From Octopus sinensis (Eukaryota), in NCBI RefSeq assembly GCF_006345805.1, contig NC_043012.1, positions 10,478,001 through 10,542,000 of the forward strand: a stretch of DNA of 64,000 nt, given 5' to 3'. The translations under genes and the position numbers were made by a program. This document shows positions 52,994-64,000 of the stretch, piece by piece (position 1 is the stretch's first letter; every line of letters begins with the position of its first letter). The notes under the pieces were generated by a model. It was not told the origin of the DNA, did not search any database, and saw nothing but the letters and a program-made list of their open reading frames with translations.

Positions 52994-53619
52994 ACATTCC
53001 ACCCATTAACAATCCATGAATACATTGCTTAAATAAATATACACAATAAGTTTAGCGGTGTAACAAGTGGATACACCAAGTTTATATATTAAAGATATTC
53101 CTGGAAATTGTCACGCACACATGAATTGCAGGTGAGGACGCAGTGTTTCGTGTTGTAACCATAATATACTACAAAGTACTTTATAGTTGCTACAAGCAAT
53201 TAATGTATTCATGTCAGTAAAGATCGTGGTAGTATGTTAACGGTGGTTGCTGCTGTGCTTGTAACAGTAGAGTTATCTGTAATGTTGACTGAACTGCCAG
53301 TAATGCATGTTGGACCATTGCTGTTTTTAATATTGCTGTGGCAGTTTCTTTAGTCTGGTCACAGATGCTATGTCTCACGAATGTTGTTAGTGGCACAAGT
53401 CCTTCTAGACATGGAGGAAATTGTAGTGAGAAACTGAAATTTCACTAGCATAATAAAGGTATCACTTTAAACACATATATACACTCACATAGTAAGTGTA
53501 TGTGTAAACATACATACATACATACACACACACCTATAAATCTATCGATATATCTATCTATCTATCTGTCTGTATGTATCTATATATTTATCCTTCTCTC
53601 TCAATATATATATATATAA

Positions 53620-53663
53620 TATATATATTATATATGTATATATATATATACATACATACATAC

Positions 53664-53704
<41 letters not shown>

Positions 53705-55197
53705 TATACATTTTTATATATATATAGACATATATATACATTTTTATATATAGATATATATATATATATATAGATACATATATATATATATACATATATA
53801 CATTATATATATACATACATACATACACACACACACCACACATATATTATATATATATATATGTATGCATATATATTATTTTACATATATGTATGTATGT
53901 GGTATGAGTGGTGGTGTGTGTTATGTGTGTGTGTATGCGTGCGTGTAAATAACTACACGCAAATTCATATAAATATGTGTTGTCTTGAATGTAATAAAGG
54001 TGTTATTGATTTCTTATCACCTTCTTCTTCTTCTTCTTCTACAAGAACACCACACCACCAAGAAGAAGAAGAACAACTACTACTACTACTACTACTACTA
54101 TAACAACCACAACAACTACTACTACTGCTACTACAACTACTACTACTACTCTACGTATCTATTACTATTATCATTATTATCATTATTATTATTATTAGTT
54201 TGTGTTTTTGTTGTTATAATAATAATAATAATAATAATAATTATTATTTTTATTATTAGCGGCAATGTCCTTTTTATGTTTACCTTGAATATCTTTAACG
54301 GAGTTTTGTGCGCCTGTTTGTCTAGTATACGTTATTGCTAGAACAACTCCCATTAATGGCCAACAGCCACTTCCGCTTTCAACCGGAAACATCGTGCCGG
54401 GTATTAAACCAGAAATTTCGATTATCTAACTACACTGAGATCACCAACCGTATATTTACCTGTATGATTGTATGTGCATGCATACATATACAACAGTTAA
54501 TGAAGCATATATCCACATAAATATTTATAACGCAGTCACCACATAATTGTGATTGTAAGGCGCTTATGAAGATACGCTATTTATTGCAATACAGTGAAAC
54601 AATTGTAATCGAAATATGAAGCCGATGGCTAACTATATTTTGCTGTGATTTAATTCGGGTATATTTGTATTTATGCATGAATCTACATACATACACACAC
54701 ACATACATACATACATACATACATACATACATACATCCATACATACATACATACCATACACACACATATATAAATATATTTATATATATATATATAATAC
54801 ATACGTATACATATATATATACATATATATATATATATCCTATATATGCATACACATATATGGTATATATATATCTATAATATATTATATATATATATAT
54901 ATTTATAAAAATATATATGTATAAGCGTGTGTATTTGTGTGTTTTAGCGTGTATGCGTGTATGTAATATGTCTATATCTATCCACCTCTGTATTTATGCA
55001 TCGATGTATTCTATAAAATGTGCGTGAATTTAATACATATATATATATATTATATACACCACACACTTATACATACACACACACACACATATATGAAGAA
55101 AACTGCCACCAATACATGTATGTATATATATATTAGATATAGGTATATGTATATATAATATATATATGTATATATATATATATACATACATACATAC

Positions 55198-55240
<43 letters not shown>

Positions 55241-55275
55241 TATACATTTTTATATATATATATACATATATATAC

Positions 55276-55328
<53 letters not shown>

Positions 55329-55346
55329 ATCTATATATATATATAT

Positions 55347-55398
<52 letters not shown>

Positions 55399-55661
55399 GT
55401 ATGCTATATATATTTACATATATGTATGTATGTGTGTATGAGTGTGTGTGTGTGTATGTGTGTGTGTATGCGTGCGTGTAAATAAATACACGCAAATTCA
55501 TATAAATATGTGTTGTCTTGAATGTAATAAAGGTGTTATTGATTTCTTATCACCTTCTTCTTCTTCTTCTTCTACAAGAACACCACCACCACCAAGAAGA
55601 AGAAGAACAACTACTACTACTACTACTACTACTATAACAACAACAACAACTACTACTACTG

Positions 55662-55698
<37 letters not shown>

Positions 55699-56405
55699 GT
55701 ATTATTACTATTATCATTATTATCATTATTATTATTATTAGTTGTTGTTGTTGTTGTGTTGTATAATAATAATAATAATAATAATAATTATTATTTTTAT
55801 TATTAGCGCAATGTCCTGTTTTATGTTTACCTTGAATATCTTTAACGAGTTGTGCGCCTGTTTGTCTAGTATACGTTATTGCTAGAACAACTCCCATTAT
55901 GCCAACAGCCACTTCCGCTTTCAACCGGAAACATCGTGCCGGGTATTAAACCAGAAATTTATCGATTATCTAACTACACTGAGATCACCAACCGTATATT
56001 TACCTGTATGATTGTATGTGCATGCATACATATACAACAGTATAATGAAGCATATATCCACATAAATATTTATATAACGCAGTCACACACATAATTGTGA
56101 TTGTAAGGCGCTTATGAAGATACGCTATTTATTGCAGATACAGTGAAACAATTGTAATCGAAATATGAAGCCGAATGGCTAACTAATATTTTGCTGTGAT
56201 TTAATTCGGGTATATTTGTATGTATGCATGAATATACATACATACACACACACATACATACATACATACATACATACATACATACATACATACATACATA
56301 CATACAACAACACACATATATATATATATTTATATATATATATATATATACATACGTATACATATATATATACATATATATATATATATCCATATATATG
56401 CATAT

Positions 56406-56455
<50 letters not shown>

Positions 56456-56589
56456 TATAAAAATATATATGTATAAGCGTGTGTATTTGTGTGTGTTAGC
56501 GTGTATGCGTGTATGTATATGTCTATATCTATCCACCTCTGTATTTATGCATCGATGTATGTCTATAAAATGTGCGTGAATTTAAATAC

Positions 56590-56620
<31 letters not shown>

Positions 56621-56700
56621 TATACATACACACACACACATATATGAAGAAAACTGCCAACATACATGTATGTATATATATATATATATATAGGTATATG
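53620..56700. repeat. ~1.54-kb direct tandem duplication (2 copies)
   Basis: Anchor offsets 1533-1551 (53937/55470; 55095/56646); differences are mostly small indels. Confidence 0.9.
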
Positions 56701-57844
56701 TATATATAAATATATATATGTATATATACATATACTCATACTTACGTATATATGTATCAATTGAATGACAAGGGAACAGGAATTGCAATGGGCTTCCTTT
56801 GCTCTCAGCTGTATCTGCCTTAAGAAGCAGAACACTCAGCGATGAGTGCTCATGCATTACTGCCTGGCTTCCTTGTAGACAGTAAAATGAAGTCATGTTA
56901 AAGACACGAATAATCTCTCAGGTGACGCACAAACACTCAAGTCTGAATGGACTGCATCAAATACGAACTATAACCTAATGAATCTGGTTACATAATTTGT
57001 GTCCTTTCGTTATTGCGTGCAATCATATTATGTTCTGTATTCGACAAACGCTTTATTCTGAAGTACCTGTACATTGAGTTCTAACAATGTGATATTTGTA
57101 TCTCAGTGCGTAAGCGAAATCATAGCATATATCTATGTATATATTTATATCTATAGAAACTACAGCGTGTATTACAAAGTTTAGGCACCCAAAACACTCA
57201 GAAACACTTGATTTCAATTGAGCATTCATTACTATTTAATACCCGGTCACTGAGATGGTTCCACTGCACAGCAAATAAGATTTGAATTTCGTCCGTAAAA
57301 TTGATGACTTTTGCTAGTAAGAAACCTTGAGTGGTGACTAAAGGTTGTTATGAATTGTGCTTAATACAACTTTTCAAACACTTTTCGTTACTATCAAATA
57401 TATATACATATAAATGTATATACATACACATATACATACATACATACATACACACATTCATGAACGCACACACACGTACACGCAAATATATTCTTGTATA
57501 CTTTGAAGTGCTTCAGTCATTTTACTGCGGTTATGCTGGAGCATCACCTTAAAGGGTTTTAGTCGAAGAAATTAATCTCAAGACTTATTTTTAGTAAGTT
57601 TAATACTTATTCTATCGAGCACTTTCGCCGAACTGCTAATTTACGGGGACGTAAACACATCAACATCGACTCTCAAGCGATGGTGGGGGACAGACACAGA
57701 CACAAAAGCTGACACATAAATATGGGATCTTTTCTGTTTGGCTTCAATCTTTTCAATACTTGCTCGAATTGACTTCATAGTCGGTGGAATAATATGCTAA
57801 TCACTGCCGTGAAATTCATTATTGCAATAAATCAATAATGATTT

Positions 57845-58036
57845 GTTGTGTCTGGGGAGAGTCATTTTCTTTTTGTGCCTTATAATTTAACACACTCACC
57901 GGTAAAATTTCCACTTATTTCTTATTTTAATTTCGTATAATTTTCGTTGCGTCTTGCAGCCTTTTGAATAGTGTTGACTCGGTGAGTGTGTTAAATTATA
58001 AGGCACAAAAAGAAAATGACTCTCCCCAGACGCAAC
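57845..58036. mobile_element. Small foldback element, 57-bp arms with one mismatch
   Basis: gttgtgtctggggagagtc..cactcaccg / cggtgagtg..gactctccccagacgcaac. Confidence 0.85.
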
Positions 58037-58828
58037 AGAATATGCTTCAAGACACGAACTCACATAAAGAATCTTGCAAACCAAATCCAAAAACGAAATA
58101 CAATAATGATTTATTATCTTTTAAAGATTGCAAATTTTAGGTAATTTCAACCAATCGTAAGTCACAGACACCTTCATGCCTGTTTCCATAGTAACAAGCC
58201 AAGTATGAGAACTCTTTTGTCCGTAGGTAAGCATGTGTTGACACGTATATTACACTCATTGAGATGATCGTCAGATGTGTTAAAAATAGTAGCCAAAAAG
58301 GTCTTAAATCACACACCAAAAAATTGTTTGTTTTATTTTTTTTAAATAATCGTATGAGTTTCCATGTATAGAATACAAATTGGCAAAAATCTTCTGAAAA
58401 TTCTAAAAAATTAATAAAGTTATGAGAGATTATATGGCGTGCTTAAGCAAAATTTGATTTGTTTACAGTTGACAACACGTGCTGTCACGCACAAAATGAC
58501 AGCTTCCAAATCCTGTTTTCTGAATGGGTGAAAATGATCAAATTTTAAACCCCTATCAATTAAAAAAAAAATTGTGGAAAAAGTGAAATAATCCCGAGAT
58601 TTAGCTAGGAAACTACATTAAAAGTTCCACATTTAAAAATTTTCAATAAACTTCGAATTTTTAAAAATTAGCAGCCAAAATGAAAAGGTCCTAAATATTT
58701 ACATATATATGTATACGACGAACCTCTTTCACTTTCCGTACCACATCCACTCAAAAGGCTTTGGTAATCGAAGGGTATAGCTGAAGACACTTTCCCACGG
58801 TGCCACGTAATAAGAAAGCAAAGCTACG

Positions 58829-58912
<84 letters not shown>

Positions 58913-59000
58913 CCATTATACTCTATGTATATAGCATGGACTCTATTGATGTATGTAACAATTATGAACTGTTCCATTATACTCTTTATTAAAAACATTT

Positions 59001-59043
59001 TTTTTGATAAGGTTCGTTATTTCAAGAACCGAAACATGTAAAA
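59001..59043 (+). ncRNA. Minimal type I hammerhead motif with compensatory U3:A8 core
   Basis: TTT TTGATAA GGTTC-GTTATTTCAA-GAACC GAA ACATGT A AAA; palindromic stem III ACATGT; weak stem I. Confidence 0.65.
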
Positions 59044-60339
59044 TTAAAATTTATCTAATATAGTGGCATTTTCAAACTTCTTTTTTTACAAATATATATA
59101 TATATATATACATATGCCTATATACAATCACTGCATGTCAGACAAATCTGTCCGTACTCTCAGCACCCGATGTCTATATGAGAGAACCTCTCAAGTCGAA
59201 TACCTCAGTATACAGCGTTATGATAATCATAATAGAACATTCACGTCAAGTAGAATATAAAGACTGTTATTCAGTATTAATACAACTTCCGTCGCTAATG
59301 TCTACTTTGCAAAGGACCTGCTAGCTACTATTCTGTATATCATTGGCGGTGAGATTTGACTTCTTTACGGTAAGACGAACGCCTACCACAGAAGAAACGC
59401 ATGCACCGTCTTGCGATCTAGCACCCTTTCCAAACGATTCTCGTCTGTTAGCAACATTTGTCTGTGCACTTAGCACTGTACTTCTAGAAGAAAGGACCTC
59501 TTAAATAGATACTGTAGTATACAGCTTACTAATAGCACATGCATGTTATATTGTGATATTGTCAAATTGTCTTAATGCCTTATTATCTAGCACACACACC
59601 GGTACGATTTCCACTCATTTATTATTTATATGTTTTTTTCTTCCAAACATTTTCGTTGCTTTTGTAACCTTGTCAATGGATGTTGATATATATAAATCAT
59701 TTTATGACACTTGCTATTCACAGCAGCATTCATAGAATGAAGAAGATGCACCACCCCACATTGGATTTTGAATGTTTTTCAATGTTATGGTTCATGTAAT
59801 TCACCTGATGTAAACGTCTTTTTCTAATGATGTGATGTCTCCATTAATCAATTAAAAATTCGTTGGGAACAGCTGAAGTGAATTGAAATAACATCTATCT
59901 GTTGCTATTCATTCATATATTATTCACCTCTCTCAGAATCTGCACCTTGTGTAGAACCGTTGCATAGCATGGACCGTACATTGATTACAATGCGCTTTCC
60001 TTCATTAGCCTCAGGAACATTGATATACTCAGTCGGATACAGTTAATCCTATGTATAACCTGAATATCTTTCTGCCTGTACTTCGGTACCCGCAAATATA
60101 TTCATTTATTTTTGTTGTGTGCACAGTTCACTTTTCGACCCGGCCCCGTGTCTTACCATTTAAGCGACTAATTCACTTGAATCCTGATCTATTATATACA
60201 TCTATTATATAGATCTATTATATAGATATATCTTTCATAGACACAGTGAAGGTGTCATACGCTAACTCTGTTAATTCCGGCTCGACAAACAGAAAAGACA
60301 GCAAACATATACATTAAAATACTAAGAAGGGAAATATAA

Positions 60340-60860
60340 GGCAGAATGAAAAATACCCGCTGCAGCCACATCGCGATGATAACATGAATAGTTGTATTGC
60401 CGACAAGGTAATAGCGTCGGAAAATGAAATCAGAACTACAACATTTAGAAATAAATCTAATAAATGCTCATGCAGAGAAAAATCTAAATGCCCTTTGATG
60501 AACCTCTGTGTGAATACTAATATTGTATATAGATGTATCGTACGCACATGGAGAGGACCGTAATTTTACATTGGGGGGATGGCTGATTCATTCAAAAATC
60601 TTTATGGTAACCATGTTACCAGCTTGAAGAAAATCAACAAGAGGCTTTCAGCATCTTTGGCTAGTTTTGTGTGGCGACTTAAGGAAGATGGAATTAAGTA
60701 TGACCTAACTGGCCCATAGTAAGGCATGCACAACCATATAATATCCTTTTCAGGAAATGCAGACGAGGAATCCCTGTCTATTTTGTGGATCAATGAGATC
60801 ATTAGTAGAATTTCTGAAAGACACTGAATGTACTTACATGCTTACAAATGCACTTTCACA
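60340..60860 (+). pseudogene. Penelope-like element GIY-YIG endonuclease relic
   Basis: CSCREKSKCPLMNLC..IVY(60522)..YIG(60567)..FKNLYGNHVTSL..SLASFVWRLK..(fs)WPIVRHAQPYN..KC; in-frame stop at 60561 and frameshifts. Confidence 0.85.
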
Positions 60861-61264
60861 GAATGCAGTGGGAATGAATTCGAGTAAACATTAACCAAAT
60901 TAATAATCATAATTTACCTTAAGGTATGGATGAATTAAATTTAACTCTAGCCTCCCTATTCTTATAAACAATAAGTAGCTATTTGATTAGCTGGCTGAGT
61001 GTTTGTACGTCAAACTACGCGTGTATGAATGCTTATATCTTCATGGATGTTTGCACGAGCGAGTGTACTTGCGCTATAAAACCCAAGCGACGGTGTTTAT
61101 ACATCTATATATGTTAACGGTTATATTTCATACATTTGTAGCTGTATTGTGTATTCGTTACATTTTACTGCTGTTATTTCTGCATCCTTTAATTTGCTGC
61201 ATTTCTATACACAAACCGAGAAGATATCTGGCGGAACAGTCGTTAGTTTAACGAGATAAACTTG

Positions 61265-61374
61265 TAATCACTTGAAGAGACACATCTACAGCGTCGGATA
61301 CACCTAAGCCACTTATTAAGTATGCTACCTATGAGGAATCGATGCTACATTGGTCGAAACAATTGTAGTGATTA
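61265..61374 (+). ncRNA. Type I hammerhead motif with ~77-nt extended stem II in the putative 3' pseudo-LTR
   Basis: TAATCAC TTGAAGA GAC..AGCGTCGG..TCGATGCT..GTC GAA ACAATTGT A GTGATTA, then AATAAA (61374-61379) and (TA)n from ~61465. Confidence 0.75.
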
Positions 61375-61460
61375 ATAAACTTTATCGTATCTTCCATCTT
61401 TAAATACATCTCATTATTCAAATACACTACGAACACCGTGAAAGTGAAAGTGTTTTAACG

Positions 61461-61508
<48 letters not shown>

Positions 61509-61637
61509 CAAATATAAGGGTAAATAATTATTAATTTAAAATTAATAAATTTTACCATTAGTTTCGGTATGGAAAGAGAACCATTATCGGTAGGAACTTT
61601 TACAAAATGTTTTATATATATATATAAATATAATTAA

Positions 61638-61757
61638 GGGTTAAGCAACAAGTTGCATAACCACATACCGAAAATTTAGAAATAGCAGCGAAACACATCT
61701 TATTGGGCTGCTATTTCTAATTTTCGGTATATGGTTAAGCAACTTCTTACTTAACCC
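61638..61757. repeat. Hairpin with ~52-bp imperfect arms between (TA)n tracts
   Basis: gggttaagcaacaagttgcataaccacataccgaaaatttagaaatagcagc / gctgctatttctaattttcggtatatggttaagcaacttcttacttaaccc. Confidence 0.8.
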
Positions 61758-61816
61758 ATATTATATATATATATATATATATGTATATATGCGTATATAT
61801 CTATATATATATATAT

Positions 61817-61896
<80 letters not shown>

Positions 61897-62089
61897 GCGG
61901 TGTGGTATATGTACATATAAGTACATATGCATCTATATATGCGCGTATATATATACACATGTATAAATCTGTGTCCTTGCGTATGCGTGTATATGCATAT
62001 TTGCATGCATTATATATGTACTAACATATATATATGCAAGTAGATATTTGCATACATAAGAATATACATACATGCGAACACACTTGCAT

Positions 62090-62359
62090 GCATACGTACG
62101 TACATACATACATACAATCATATATATAGATATATACATACATATACATACATACATATACATATATACATACATACATATATATACATATATACTTGCA
62201 TACATACATACATACATACATACATATAAATACATATATACATGCATACATACATACATACATACATACATCATACATATATATAGATATATACATACAT
62301 ATACATACATACATATACATACATACATACATACATATATATATACATATATACTTGCA

Positions 62360-62391
<32 letters not shown>

Positions 62392-62409
62392 AATACATAT
62401 ATACATGCA

Positions 62410-62445
<36 letters not shown>

Positions 62446-62572
62446 GATATATACATACATATACATACATACACACATACATACATATACAACATACATA
62501 ATACATATATACTCATACATACATACATACATACATACATATAAATACTATATACATGCATACATACATACA

Positions 62573-62604
<32 letters not shown>

Positions 62605-62945
62605 ATACATACATACTACATACATATACATACATACATACATGACTATACATACATACATATACATACATACATACATATATACATACATACATACTAC
62701 ATACATACATACTACATACATATAAACATATATACATGCATACATACATACATACATACATAATACTACATACAATACATATATACACATACATACATAC
62801 ATCATACATACATACATACATATAAACCATATATACATGCATACATACATACAATTACATACATACAGACATACATACATACATACATACATTACATCAT
62901 ACATACTACATACATACATACATACACATACATACATACATTACA
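62090..62945. repeat. (TACA)n array with ~160-bp higher-order period
   Basis: tagatatatac at ~62127, ~62284 and ~62443; tacttgcatac at ~62192 and ~62352. Confidence 0.8.
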
Positions 62946-63655
62946 TGCATGGCAAACTTAGAAGCATGCATACGTAAACAAATATCTGCTCTTTTATTTA
63001 ATTCACGAGATGGATTTAATCCAGTGGAAGATTTTGGAATAGATGAATAGTTAAAAAAGAGAAAGAAAAAGATGAAATGATGGCAATCTGTTAATTGTTG
63101 GTGGATTGGAGGCTGGAACAATGTGAAATTAATTCTAACAATATACCAAGAACGGGCAAGTTTCGTCACGAACCAGCGAGGAGGAGATGAATACGTAACA
63201 CGAACTTGTATGCGGTACATTGTGATCTTCCGTTGTAATTAAGCAACGTGGGGGATAGAGTAAAAGTGCTTGTGTAGGTGGTAGTGGCGGTGCTGGTTGT
63301 GGCAACAGTGGCGGTGCTGCTGCTGCTGCTGCTTGTGGTGATGGTAATGTCGAGATGTTGCTGGTGGTGGTGGTAAAAGGAGCGGTAAAGCGAGAAGGAA
63401 AGATGTTAATAATTATAAATAACATCTTAAGATAATTGTTATTAAGCTAATTGCTTAAAGACATTTCGAAAGCGGGGGCCGAGGCAAGCTCGGTGCATTC
63501 TGTTTGTCTGGCAGAATATAATCATGGGAAACGATTTGTATGTATGTATGTATGTATGTATGTATGTATGTATGTATGTATGTGTGTATGTTGCATATAT
63601 ACACATCCATATAAATACATACATATATATATATATTATATATATATATATATAT

Positions 63656-63712
<57 letters not shown>

Positions 63713-63770
63713 GTGTGTGTGTGTGTGCATATGTATGTATGTATCTATATATATACATATATATATGCAC

Positions 63771-63816
<46 letters not shown>

Positions 63817-63890
63817 GTATATGTGTATTATATATATAGTCGCTATATATATATAGTCACTTCATTATATATTCTGTTGCTGCTATGCTG

Positions 63891-63982
<92 letters not shown>

Positions 63983-64000
63983 GATAATATTAATAATAAT

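Noticed and set aside
57915-57975. GC/GC hairpin followed by GAAA inside the 57.9-kb foldback
   Set aside because: The core is degenerate and there is no stem I; not called as a hammerhead

Overview
This is repeat-saturated, AT-rich eukaryotic DNA with one 100-N gap (28123-28222). The tRNA-derived SINE families and extreme microsatellite load resemble an octopod cephalopod genome; that assignment is from recognition, not a search. I found no intact, recognisable host gene, and almost all long ORFs in the track are translations of microsatellites. Recognisable content: (i) dozens of tRNA-headed SINE copies in three groups with interchangeable bodies and tails; (ii) decayed DNA transposons (Tc1 DD34E with ~215-bp TIRs, two DD37D/maT-type fragments, a Merlin-like MITE, a pogo/Tigger-like end); (iii) retroelement 3' fragments (R4/Dong-type inside a (TAA)n tract, an RTE 3' end, a Penelope-like GIY-YIG endonuclease relic). 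The strongest signal is not in the ORF track. About ten type I hammerhead-ribozyme (HHR) folds plus several decayed ones are spread through the window, mostly beside (TA)n tracts. One lies downstream of the Penelope-like endonuclease. Two loci (23.4-23.9 kb and 49.2-49.4 kb) are foldback elements with one HHR in each arm, pointing outward. All folds were assigned by eye, so activity is untested.
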